From assembly GCA_002269645.1 (NCBI GenBank), contig NIVC01000819.1:210328-274327 (forward strand): a stretch of 64,000 nucleotides of DNA. Direction: 5' to 3'. Of this stretch, positions 32,301 to 45,414 are shown piece by piece. The position numbers and the translations under genes are program-made. The notes under the pieces were generated by a model. The model ran no database searches. It had not been told where the DNA came from and saw only the letters and a list, made by a program, of their open reading frames with translations. How positions within the stretch are numbered: position 1 is the stretch's first letter; every line of letters begins with the position of its first letter. Source of the DNA: Macrostomum lignano. Lineage: Eukaryota.

Positions 32301-33864
32301 ATGACCTTGCCACACCAAGGTCATCAGAGAGAAATGCCCGCACTTGGTTGCTCCTCTGCTAACGAATAGTTTCTATCAACAACAAAAAAACTATGAATTA
32401 GTTTGCTGATTTAAAAAACATTTCTTGGAATAGATTATTACATTTATTCTTAAATATTCACACACTTGTAATCGTTGCGACATTCTATTGACACTGTGTC
32501 TGCTTGCTCTTATTCATCCAGCTATAACGTACTCTCTGTACTTTATACTGCAGTGCCGCAGCGAATCGAAATGATAAAAAAGAAAAGGATCCTCCGTCTT
32601 CCTTCAGCTCTGCGCTGCACTGGGTTTTTATAGTTTTATTAGTAATCTGATTCCGCATCTGATCTCTATTTTTTGCTATAATACTTTTCCAAATGACTAG
32701 TTTGTTATAATAGTAACAGTTCCGGTGTTAATGATTGGTATGGCTATCTTAAAGACGAGGCACGTCGATTTCGTTTTTCATCTTGTTCTTTGATTTTGTT
32801 GCCTAGGTTTTCTATAGGAATAAATCAATTGTGCTCTTTTTAAAGACTTCACATTCGCTTCTCTGAACGTATTAGAAACATTAAAGCTGAGATATTGTTG
32901 TTTTTTTCTTTCAGTTTGCTTGGCTTTCTTGCTAACTCGAGTGTTAAGTATTATCTTATTGGTGCCTGAATTGGTGCCGGTGCCGCGGTGCGTCACTGGC
33001 CAAGCCTGGTAGATCTCTCTCTACATTGCCTTTCCTAGGTCATTATCATTGCAAGCTTATCATAGTTGCAGCGTGACAGCGTTGAAACTTGACTGTGTAG
33101 TTGCCTGTGCATTACCTGTGTATTGCTGCTGTGCATTGAACGATTACAGATCCGAGAATTTTCTCAGTCTGTGTAAATGATATCTGCAGGTTTCTTTTAT
33201 ATGAGCTAGTGTGTGCAGCGTTCCTTGTTTTATGCCTGCACATGAACAATCTAAGCCCAGTAAAAAGTTCTGTGTACATGTAGTGCAGGGGCCCCGAATA
33301 CAGAACTGTTTTCTGACACTCCTGACAGCTTTATGTTCTACAAAAGTTGATGCAGCATGTACCAAATATCAAAGATGAGTATTTTGCGAGTCAAAGTATA
33401 AAAACGTGAGATACATATGTACATGTACGGTCTTTTTTGTGACAAACGAATAAACGAACCGCATCGTGGAACGTACAAATTAAATTTGGCGTAATTTATC
33501 AATTTAAATTAAATGACCCATCAAATGCAAATGTACATGTAATGTCATACTGTATGTTTATTATGACTGCAAATAAGAAAAAAACTCATTGAACTAAACA
33601 GGCGCGAATCCAGAAATTTTTTTTGGGGGGAGGTGTTGCGTACGGCTTGTACGCCGGTTAGGGTTCTTGCGTTCTGATTGGCTGGGGGGTTTTGTCTGTC
33701 TGCCCAGACCGGCCTAGGCCGGGTGGGGGGTTTTCTGAATCATGCTGGTTAGTAGGTAAATTATAATATAAGTGCGCACCGGCCTTTCAAGCCTTTGTTA
33801 CTTTTCTACCCTGCAATCGCTTCTCGCATCGTATTCATTTGGCCACGCTGCCTCAAAGTACAAC

Positions 33865-34960
33865 ATGGCGACGAGTCTGAGCATTTCCGAGCCACGCGTG
33901 TTTCTCGCCCACCCAGGACAGCCACACACGCCTTGGAATCGTTGGATCGAAGGATTCAAGATTTACCTGGAGGCCTTGAATCTAAATGAAGCATCGGATG
34001 CACGCAAGAAGGCGATTCTCATTCATCTGCTGGGCGAGGAGGGCCAGAGAGTCTACGCGCTGAGAAATTTGCCCACGACGAGCGTTGATACGTTTGACAA
34101 GCTGGTGGCTGCACTGAAAACGATCTTCGGTCAGTCGCACAGCACGATCAGCAACCGCTACAAGTTCAAGTCGCGCGCCCAGATGCCAGGCGAGCCAGTC
34201 AGCCAGTTCGTCGACGCCCTCCGAGAACTCGCGGCAGACTGCGAATATGGCGTGACTAGATGATCCGGGACCAGATCATCGAGAAGACCCATTCGCCGTG
34301 CATCCGAGAGCGACTGCTCATGGAGAAGGAGCTCGAGCTGGATAGGGCGATGACATTGGCGGTTCAGGTCGAATCTGCAATCAACGACGCCAAGAAGCTG
34401 CGCGACGGCAAGAGCGACAAGGACGAGTCCCGCATCCAGAAGGTCAGCCAGCGTATGCCATCACGCAAGGGACCCAAGCATGCGGCACCGCAGAAATCCG
34501 GCACAGAGACACGGTGCGGCAACTGCGGGAGGGCCGGGCACGCTGCCCGCGCCTTAGAGTGTCCAGCGAAAGACAAGACCTGCTTGCACTGCCACAAGGT
34601 CGGACACTTCAAAGCTTGCTGCCGACAGCGACGCCAGGTTCGCACCGTAAAGGACGAAGACGACGAGCCATTCGTAGTATCTGCGGTAGAATACGAAGCG
34701 TCGCTCCTTAACTTCGCGACGTGCAGCATCGCTGACATCGACGTCAGGCTCCTATTGGACACGGGCTCAAGAGTCAACATCATCAACGAGAAGACCGTGA
34801 AACGCCTGCTGAAGCAACCGGTCATCACGCCGACTCCGAAGCAGCTGTTCTCGTACACAGGCTCTGCAATTGACGTGCTCGGGACCGCAGAGCTGTGCGT
34901 TGTGCACCGCGGCAAGTCCGCCATCTGCCGCTTCTTCATCGCACGACGAGGTGCCTCAAT
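33865..34960 (+). pseudogene. gag-protease of the Mag-like element, with two frameshifts (about 34255 and 34955)
   Basis: W..WIEGFKIYL...KKAILIHLLGEEG...RYKFKSRAQ...ADCEYG, then MIRDQII...CGNCGRAGH...C...CLHCHKVGHFKAC...LLDTGS, in different frames. Confidence 0.88.
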
Positions 34961-37771
34961 CCGCACCTCAAGCTGGGATTCTCAATCCGAGTCAACGCAA
35001 TCAACAACATCGATGATATCGCTGGAGAGTTCCCGGGAATCTTCGACGGCATCGGTATGGCCAAGAAGTTTTGCCATCGACCACAGCTGCGCCAGGATGC
35101 GACACCGACAGTTCAGCCGCTGCGCCGGGTGCCGCTGGCACTTCAGGACCGCGTGAAGGACGAGCTAAGCAAGATGGAGGCCGCAGGTGTCATCGAGAAG
35201 ATTGATGCCTCTCCCTGGGTGTCCAATCTAGTCGTATCCAAGAAGAAGAATGGCGACCTGCGACTGTGCGTTGATCTGCGCAACTGCAACCAAGCGATCA
35301 ACCCGGATAAGTTTCCCGTGCCGACCCAGGAGGAGCTGGCCGCAGAGTTTGCAGGCGCGCAGATCTTCAGCAAGCTGGACCTGAAGCAAAGCTACCTGCA
35401 GATCCCACTGCACCCCGGCAGTAGGCAGCTGACCGCGTTCATCACTCACTGCGGGCTCTACCAGTGCACGAGGGTCCCGTTCGGCATGTCCAGTTCTGGT
35501 GCCTGTTTTCAGAAAATCCTGTCAACCGTTCTGGCCGACATCAAGGGTGTCCGGCACTCAGTGGACGACATTGTCATTCACGGCGTCAACTCTGACGAGC
35601 ACGGCAAGCGGCTTCAGACAGTACTCGAACGTCTCAGCGAAAACGGGCTGACGCTGAACAAGGAGAAATGCCAGATCGGCGTCCCGGAGATCGTGTTCTT
35701 GGGCTGCAGGATCTCAGCCGATGGAGTTCGACCGTCCAAGTCTAACATCGAAGATGTGCTCCGCATCCCGGCACCGACGACAGCACGGGGCGTCTCGTCA
35801 TTCCTGGCAACCGTCAACTACTTCGCCAAGTTCATACCCGACTTCGCCAAGACGGCGAGACCACTGCGAGAGCTGCTCAAGAAGGACACCGTCTTCCACT
35901 GGACGAGCGAATGCAACGCTGCTTTCGCCGAGCTCAAGCAACAGCTGACGAGTCCGCCGGTGCTAAGCCACTTCGACTGCAACGCTGACACCATCGTCGA
36001 GTGCGACGCGTCTGACTTCGCGCTTGGCGCGGTGCTGCTTCAACGCGTAGGCGAGTCAGAGAAGCCGGTGGCCTACGCCTCGCGAGCACTGACGCCAACG
36101 GAGTCCAGATACTCAGCTAGCGAGAAAGAGGCCCTGGCGTGCATCTGGGCTCTCGAGCGCTGGCACATCTACACCTACGGCAGACGGCTGACTTTGCGCA
36201 CTGACCATTCGGCTCTCAAGGCACTGTTGTGTACCCAAGGCACCGGGCACAAGCCGCTGCGCATCCACCGATGGAACGACCGGCTCCTGCAGTACAACTT
36301 CAGCGTCGAGTATAAGCCTGGAAAGGACAACGTTGTGCCAGACTTCCTGTCCCGTTTCGAGCGACCACCCGAGTCGACAGACAGCGACGATGACGACGAC
36401 GAGATCGCCGACATCCACCAGGTGCTAGACGGGATTCTATCGGCCGAGCTGCTGGACAAGCACTCGCAGGCCGATCCGCTCATTCGCAGTGTCTCCGCAA
36501 AGCTTCAAGCCAACTGGAAGGAGCCGCCAACAGATGAGGAGAAAATCTTCTTCAAGCTCCGAGACGAGATGTCAACGGTCGGCAACTTCCTGGTTCGCGG
36601 CAACCGCGTGGTTGTGCCCGAGAGTCTGCGCGCCACTGCACTAGCGCTGATCCACCAGGGACATTGCGGCATCGTCAAGATGAAGCACCGAGCTCGCGAT
36701 ACCGTCTGGTGGCCGGGAATCGACGCCCAACTGGAGGATCTGGCCAAGTCCTGCGTCAGCTGCTGCTTGGCGGAGAAGTGGAAGCGACCCGCTGCTCCAT
36801 CGCAGACGACCGAGTTTCCCAAAGAGCCGTGGCACACGATTCAGCTTGACATCTTCGGCGAGATCCACGAAGCGCCTGCCAGCAGCCGATTCGCAATCGT
36901 TGCCATTGACCTGCACTCCAAGTGGCCAGAGATTCGGACTACGGCTTCGGTGACGGCCGAGGTCATCGCCGACTTCCTCAAGGACCTGTTCGCTCGATGG
37001 GGACTGCCAGGCAAGATCGTGACTGACAACGGGCCGCAGTTCACCAGCCACGCCTTCGAGGAATTTCTAGCCAGCCACGGTGTTCAGCATGCGAAAACCT
37101 CGCTGTACCATCCGCAGTCAAACTCGAATGTCGAGCGCCTCAACCGCACCCTGAAGGAGTCGCTGAAGGCGCACCTCAAGGACGGCATCAGCTTCAAGGA
37201 GGCAATCCGCGAGTTCCTGCAATGCTACCGGTCGACAGCGAATGCAACCATCAGCCTGACGCCGGCTGAGCTGATGGTCGGTCGGCCGTTTCGAGGACCT
37301 CTGAGCCAGTGGAGTCGAGGCATCCGCCCCCTGAGTCCAACGGTGCCATCGGGGACCGAGCGTCGAGTCCAGGCCAACAAGGAGAAGGCCAGGCTGGCCA
37401 CCGACCGGCGCCGAGGAGCCCGACCCTCGAGACTGCAGGCTGGTGACTCCGTGCGCGTCCGCAGGCCACAGACGGCCAACAAGCTGGCGACAAGGCTCGG
37501 CGAGACTCGAAGGATCACCCGGCGGCTGGGCCCGGAGTCCTGGCTGCTAGACGACGGCACGCGATGGCACTCTGACAACCTGGTTCGCGTTTCGAGTACA
37601 CCGTCAGCGGATAGCGACACGACTGATGCCGGACTCGGTGCTCTGATGGCGCCAACACCAGCGCCAGCGCTAGCGCCGCCGGCAAGGGCGCCGACCAACG
37701 AGACGCCGCCGACTCCGCCGAGACGAAGCGACCGAACCAGAAGAGCTCCGGTCCGGTTCAGCCCGAGTTGA
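34960..37771 (+). CDS. pol (RT-RNase H-integrase) of the Mag-like element, open frame
   Basis: LCVDLR, FSKLDL, RVPFG and SVDD (RT); CDAS...EKEALA...TDH (RNase H); HQGHCG...CVSC, QLDIFG, TDNGPQF and NVERLN (integrase). Confidence 0.94.
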
Positions 37772-40113
37772 TTCGCGAACTGAATAACTTTTGACGCATG
37801 TGCGCACTCTATGGACTGTTGTGTTCCCCATGCATTGCTTCTGTTTGCTTTTTCGAGGGGGTGATGTTGCGTACGGCTTGTACGCCGGTTAGGGTTCTTG
37901 CGTTATGATTGGCTGGGGGGTTTTGTCTGTCTGCCCAGACCGGCCTAGGCCGGGTGGGGGGTTTGCTGAATCATGCTGGATGGTAGGTAAATTATAATAT
38001 AAGTGCGCACCGGCCTTTCAAGCCTTTGTTACTTTTCTACCCTGCAATCGCTTCTCGCATCGTATTCATTTGGCCACGCTGCCTCAAAGTACAACAGGAG
38101 GTAGCTGCTATACCAAGCACCACAACCCAAATATAGGAAATTACACTGTACATGTAATATTTTTATAGAGACCTGGCCAGTTGCAGCCAAAATGTATGTG
38201 GCCTAATTTTTTTGGCCGCGGCTGACAGGGGCCATGGCCCCCTTTCTGGATCCGCTCCTGGAATTAAACATGTACATATGTAATTGCATGCTTATAGTGC
38301 CCCCCCCGGTTCCCCCGAGAGCAACGCTGAGCTGGCGGCCCGGATCAACGGCCGCGTGTGCATGCACCCCTGGGTCGCAATTTGCAGAGGCGACGGCAGC
38401 AGTGTTGACGCCACTGCCTGCGGTCCCCATGCACACATGAGGCACTGGGCCCCCGCTCGCCGACCTGCTGCTCAGCCCCGCCTTGTGGGAGACTCCGCTG
38501 GGGCCAGGGCGCTTCACCATGCCTCTGGACTGACACTCCTCACTGACTTGCAGGCTCTAGTAGGCCGCGCCTTACCCCTCAGTCTGCAGCTCGGCTGGAC
38601 TCAGATGCTTTCCACCAGCGGGTGCTTCGCTCACCCCTGCACCAGCGTCTGTTTAATAATAATTTTAAAAAGAATAAAAATGCATACAGAGCTCTCGTTT
38701 TTTAAAGATGATAATCATTTACGCTAGAAATGAAGCTAGATATCTCGGAAATTAGTGTAGCCACTTAATAACAGCCATTAAATTGTATGCAGAAAGTTCT
38801 GCTAAAAGTTAATCAGTAAAAACTCAAACTCTCTTATATAAATTAACTTGTTTTAAATAGTAAATAGCGAAATTTTAATTTTCGCTTTTTTGTCCTCGAT
38901 CGTCATCCGACAACTAACTATAGTGACGTTCTAGTGATAATGTCTAAATAGACTTCATCGCCCTTTTAGTCATTAGAAAGTTGAGTTTAGTTTTAATAAA
39001 AAAATTATATTAGATACCGAATAGTTCATTGATCATGAACAAGTCAACTTGAATAAACAAATTCATTTGGCATTTCATAACGTAAAAGTAAAGTAAGCGA
39101 CGCGTGTAACACGACAGGCAGAAATAGACTGACGCTTATTAATAATAATTTAATTATTTAATGTTTATTTACTTTAATTAATATTTAGTGTAATTTAATT
39201 AATTTTAATTAATTATTTATTGCGTTAGGTTAGCTAGATCTAGCACTAATCTAATTATTCGTGTGGCTGGAATGGGAAACTGGAAACAAGTCACTGGAAA
39301 TGAGCCTAAAGTCGTAAAGATTTACTATTAGGGCCTACTATCTTTCCCTATAATAGGCCTATGACACTGTTTGTTGATCACTCATATGATCAGTTGATAA
39401 ATTTATTCTATTTGGCAATGGTAGGCCCTACAGTTATTCTGTTTTGGCACTACCAATACCAACAAATACAAAATAGCTAAAGCTAATGACAATGTAGGTT
39501 TGAATTTCCAATAATTTGAACAGTATACAACATATTGTATTAATAAGTTAAAGATGTACACACAATCCAATTGAAACACTGGATGGATGGCTTCCATGCC
39601 CATACATACAAGCTTTCTATTTTATTTATCAAACAATATAATACAATTTTATTAGTAGGCCTTACAAAAAAAAAGAATTTATTACTAAATTAGGAGCCTA
39701 GATTAATATTTAATGTGAGTTTTACAATTGGAACTCGTAATTACTATTGATATCATGTATAGGCCTATATTTAAAATAAACAGAGTAGGCGGTACTGCAG
39801 TAGGCCTAGGCCTAGTTTATATACTCTATCTATAGCCATTAAAAATGCATATATAACTTAGTCCATATAAGTTACTTAATTACTTAATTATTTATTAAGT
39901 AAAATATATTATAATATTAATATTAATATATAATTATTAACTTAATTATATAATTACTTAGAGGTAATTCACAAAGTATATTTGGCATACATAAATAATT
40001 GAAAAGCATTTAAATAGGCAATTTTAATAGAAAGTTTAAAATGACTCATAACTGGGTTGGCTATGGCAGGCATATGCAAAGTAAGATACAAGTACTAATA
40101 GAGTAGTAAACTT

Positions 40114-40392
40114 CCTGATTGCAGCGCATGGGCATTTTGGCGGACGGCGTCCGGCGCGGATCTAATACGGCGCGGCGCGGCGCGTACGGCGCGCGGCGAT
40201 TAGTACGGCGCGGCGCGGTACTAATTAGATGCCGAGGCATTTAGGCTTGATAAGACAGTCATAGTTACTCCTGCCGTTTACCCAAAACTGCGTTAATTTT
40301 GCTTTAGAGTTTCTTTCATAGGTAAGTCATTTCACAGCGTGGCGCAGGTTGTGTAGGCGTCTGGCGTACTTAAGCCATGCGCTGCAATAGGG
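40114..40392. mobile_element. hAT-type MITE (279 bp), CCCTATTG-end family
   Basis: TIRs CCTGATTGCAGCGCATGG / CCATGCGCTGCAATAGGG; perfect 8-bp TSD GTAAACTT (40106-40113 and 40393-40400). Confidence 0.85.
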
Positions 40393-43058
40393 GTAAACTT
40401 TGGCCAATTGGTTTTTACCTATGTTAAAATTGAACCTACATTAAGTTTAAATTTAAAATATATATATAGGTTAGGCCTAGTAGGACTAGGAATAAAGTGG
40501 CTGCACATTGGACCCATACTCCTAAAGATATTTTTGGGGAAAATTCTTATATGCCACTTGGACAATTTTAGGACAAAGAGCTTGGCCTGTTTTACTATCA
40601 TTTTATTGAAAAAACTAACTGGCCATTCTTTTGAGCTTCCAAAATTTCCTGATTTTTATGTCCCTTATGGGGATTTGCATGCATTTTGACAATTTCTGTT
40701 AACTTTAAGCATTTTGATGATTTTTCTGGCAAGAGTTACACTCATCTTGTCTTGCCTAAAAGTTTCATTTTGTCACTAGAAGTAAGTAGCAAAAAGAATT
40801 AGGCTGGCAACTCTTTCCATTCAAAAGTTATGGCCATTTTAAATTTTATATGTACATATACATGTACATATTTTTTAACAAAAAAGTTCGCTTAAAATGA
40901 CCTGCAGGAACTTACTTACACCCAATGTGCAAGCATTCTTAGCAGTTATGCACTTTTTACTAAAAAACAAATCCTCCCAACCCCATATTTTCAAGCAAAT
41001 TCGTCATAGTTTTGAAAATGTACAAAAATGTATATCATGTTTGATAGTCTGTATCTTTGTAATTGTATGTCCTAAACATGTAAACTATATGTCGTTTGAA
41101 AGATCTATTTGTCTATTTTTCAATGAATTTAAAAACATAGCCATATCTTACATATCAAAAAAGTTATAGCCATTTAAAGAAGACCACTTTTTCATGTTTT
41201 TTTTTGTTTTTGCACATGCTAAAAATAGGCTCACTGGACACCCTAACCTAGGCATACATGGTATATATTAAAAAAGTAGAAAAGTTTTTTGGCATGCTAA
41301 TTCTTTGCACAATAGTGTAGCATAGGGCTTATAAAAAATAAAAATTATATGGCTCCATAGTCAGAGCTATCTAATAGCTATCGCTATGCCATAAAAAATT
41401 TGTAGTCTTTTTAAAAATATACAGTGATACTTGTCACTTTTAAAATAAGTATTCTACATTAATGGGCCTAAGAAAGACAAAATATAAAAACTAAAAAGCA
41501 AATAAATGTATTTAGGTTGCAAAGAAAAACATTTTAAAAGTAGGCCCTATTGTTATAATGCAAAAAGGTCCTTTATTATTGCAATGCAGAAAAGGGTCTT
41601 TTATTGTTGCAATGTTAAAAAGGTCCTTTATTGTTGCAATACCTCAATTTGCAATCCTTCTTTTATTTTATCAGTGCACACTCAGGAGATTTGATCTAAC
41701 CCTCCTATGTATAAGGTGCAAAGCAAAAATATTATTGTATAAACAATTCATACTTAGGACTATGGCACTAGAAGACAAGCAGAATGGGGTGGCTGACCAA
41801 GGAATAAGTGGTAGATGAGTCATCATGCAGTCATGCTGTTTGCTTAGTTTGTTATATACATTGGCTATATACATTTCAACATCAATTTAATGTTGGTAAA
41901 AACCAATTGGCATAAGTAGCCCTTATACCTAATAGCCCAAATCAAATGCAATTTCATTGTCACACAGTTTTTACTGACATTAAACTGACATTAAAATGTA
42001 CATAGTGGAGTGGATATCTGTATATTAGATAACAAATGGAATGGGGTAGCTAACTAATAGAGGAATAGTAAAAAAAGTCATCATGTAGAATCATGCCATT
42101 TGCTTAGTTTGTTATATACATTATCATTACATTAGCTACATACTATATACAATTGTGTGTGGTATAGCCTTTGGCTAATCATATACAAGTCTTAGCATTT
42201 GCTAATCTTCCATTGGAGTTGCACTATCTTGGCATCATGATCAATTAGTCCTTGTTACAGATTAGCCACCTTAACAAAACTCTCCTTGACAGTTTGCTAA
42301 ATTCCATGCAGCTCTTATATGGAGATGTTTCTCCTAAGAAGGTAACTGCTAGCTAGTCAAGGTATACTGCTCAAAGGCTAAGCTATATCCTAAGCATGGT
42401 CAGAATAGTTAAGCTAATAGTATTTTCCATGACCATTGACTTAGCAGTCATGGGAATGGTGAATGGCTCATCTAGTAGCTTCCCCAAAATTGTCTTGCTA
42501 TCATTACATATTCTGCTATGACTTGCTAAGCAGTGCAATAAATCAACCCAATTTTGGACTTACTTGCTTGCATAACATTACTTGCCTATAGATTAATCTT
42601 ATCTTGTGACCAAGGATCTTTGAACCTAGCTGCTTGAGTAAAGCACTTAAGAGCCTTTAGGTAAAAGAGTAGGCTCTAAAAAATTGATATATTCCATATA
42701 TATGTTGCCTTAGATTTGGTGCTAATGCAAGTAATTAAGTATCAAACAAGGAGCCTTAAATATCTTGCTTGTTTTTATAGCATATAGCCATATTGACAAA
42801 AAGTACTATGTACTAAAAGCATAAAAGTATATCATAGATATAGCCATAGTACAAAATACTTTTTGAACAGAATACTATCACAATCCATTTAGAAATCATA
42901 ATAATTCATTTTTTCCATTTTTTATTTAAAGTCTCTGCATGAAATATCACCAATTTCAAGCTAAACTATGCTATATTTTCCCCAATATTTACAGATTAAA
43001 AAAAGCAAAAAATTATAATCTTGAAATCAGGTAAAGTGGCTTGCTTGATGAAGAGTAG

Positions 43059-43721
43059 ATAAATAAAGGTAAATATCAACATGAAGTATTATTTGAGTTG
43101 CCGATGCATTTCGTCCATTTGCATTAGGACATCGTCAGGGTCTTTTTATTTAAAAAACAATTTGAACGAATATTTAGTATATATAGATAGTTGAGAGTAA
43201 CAAGAGTAGTTGAATTGAGTTTTTAATTGATGGTTTAAAACTTGTACATAGTAATCAATTTTTTGATACATTATTGGTTGGGTAAAGTGCATATCAGTTT
43301 CAAGCCAGTCCGGTCATTGACAAATCAGCTAAAAAATTCTGAGTTGACGGCTAGCCCCACCCATCGCAAGTTGGTTATTTAACGTGGGCTGTTTGGTCTT
43401 AATGTACAGGGCTTCTAATAGGCAGAGCATGTGATCTCTATTACAAAAATCAATAGCCTTTATCATTTCGTGTGGTTCAGCCTCACAACAAGAATTGCAG
43501 GTTAGCAGGTGTTCGTTAATAGCAGAGTTTTTTAGAGGTCAGAGAGCACTGGCTAAAAAACTCAATTCAACTACTCTTGTTACTCTCAACTATCCATATA
43601 TACTGAATATTCGTTCAAATTGTTTCTTAAATAAAAAGACCCTGACGATGTCCTAATGCAAATGGACAAAATGCATCTGCAACTCAAATAATACTTCATG
43701 TTGATATTTACCTTTATTTAT
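43059..43721. mobile_element. Fold-back element with about 167-bp inverted arms
   Basis: 43059-43225 is the near-perfect reverse complement of 43554-43721; about 330-bp spacer with no recognisable ORF. Confidence 0.8.
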
Positions 43722-45414
43722 ATAATCTTGAAAAATTGACTATTATATATTTTCATACAAAAATTGGTTTAGTGGTTACAAAGTTATGTTTTAAAATACA
43801 AAATGATAATTTTTTGGTATTATAAATCATAGTTTATTATTGGAAAATACACTATAAAGGTAAAAAAACTTTAGTGAAAATGGTCATGAATTTTTTATTA
43901 TTAGACCAATTTTTATAAACTAAAAAATACTCAACAAATCAAAACAACAAACAAGAAAGAAAACAAAATACTCAACAAGATATAAAATGCAAATATTTTA
44001 ATATTTTTCAAATTTATAAATCTCACTTATGGCCCTAACAATATGATGAGATTCAAAATGGCTATTTCTAATATTGAAAGACTTCTTATATAGATATACT
44101 TTATCTTTGTTTTTATTTAGGGTCTAATTCCATCTGAGAATAGAATAGAAGCTATTAGATCCATAGCCATTAGAGAATAGGTTCTAGTGCTAGAAGTCTA
44201 GCCATTGCCAATGCCAATGTAAACATCTATATATTGACCAAAATTTCATTGGTGGTCTAGGCCTATTCTTATTATATAAATGCCTCTACTGCGTCTAAGT
44301 AGGCCATATGGCATGCAAGGCAAAACATTCCTACTTGCATGGGTATAGGATTCTTGTACAATTCTTGTACTTGCATGGGCCTAGTGCAAGCTTAGGACTG
44401 GCATATGGCTTATATTTTTTATGTATTTCTGCCGAAATGGGGTAGCTATGCCTTGATCACTTTTTCTAGTTGCACTAACAGTATTGATATAAATATGAAT
44501 AGTTTTTATACATTGTATACCAGATTAAATGCAAAAGTATGGTAGAACATTCTATGGTTTGCCAAAGAAAGCTAGCCCTCTGTGCTATTATTTAGTCTTA
44601 GTATATTGGTATATAAGATAATTGTTAATTATATTGTATACTACTATTTACAAAAATATATTTTGGCTTTTATTGCACTAAATATAATTTTTTGTGAATG
44701 CTGTTTGGTATAGTTTTGAATATTTAAGTGTCTATAGGCAAATGAGAGCAAATATCCAAGGACAAATCTCAAGTTCTAAATAAAAAGAAGTCTATTAAAA
44801 TAAAAAAGGTGGAAAAAGCTCATGATATAGATGATACTTACTTATAAAATGCTTTTTAGGTTTTTGCCTCTAATCCTAGATTTTAAGAATATTTCTAGAA
44901 TTCTAGTGCTAATAAATATTACAATTATACAATTATATAATCTTATTCAAGGCTAATTTCTTTATACTGTATTTAATGAAAAGGTCTAGGCCTATATATA
45001 TAGCAAGATTAGTAGATAGAATATTGGTAATATTATCAGGAAATATTATATATTATAAGTTATTATTAGGTTATATTTTTTATAAGTTATATTAGTAACC
45101 TATATTTAAACTAAAGAAAATTTTGACAGTAGGATATATGATTATTATAATTAAAATATTTGGCAAATTATAGTATTACTATGTGGTAGCTAGTTTTGGT
45201 AATGTAAATTGCTATATATAGCAGTTGCCAATACCCATATGTACCCATGGCCAAGTATAAGTATTTAAAGTAAGCTCTTTATGCAAACAAACTACTTAGA
45301 AAAGTAGTTGCATCAACTTATCTAGCTAAACCTGATTTTGAATCGAATAAAGGTATTTCCATGCCTGAGTGGCTACTACCAGTAGCTAATAAAGCCCTGC
45401 TCTCCTATTGCTGC

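Larger units (their letters stand above)
33634..38096 (+). mobile_element. Full-length Ty3/Gypsy LTR retrotransposon, Mag-like
   Basis: 232-bp LTRs (33634-33865 and 37865-38096, TG...CA, 4 mismatches by eye). 5-bp TSD GGAGG. PBS TGGCGACGAG. PPT GAGGGGG. Two gag CCHC knuckles. Confidence 0.96.
33599..38260. mobile_element. hAT-type MITE split by the LTR element
   Basis: TIRs CAGGCGCGAATCCAGAAA / TTTCTGGATCCGCTCCTG; 8-bp TSD GAACTAAA / GAATTAAA (7/8); about 194 bp once the LTR element and one TSD are removed. Confidence 0.78.

Noticed and set aside
38284-38727. GC-rich 147-aa ORF
   Set aside because: No recognisable motif or convincing splice sites; left unassigned.
42180-42720. Decayed coding-like sequence on the minus strand within the CpG-free stretch
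   Set aside because: Stop-riddled and not assignable to any family by eye.
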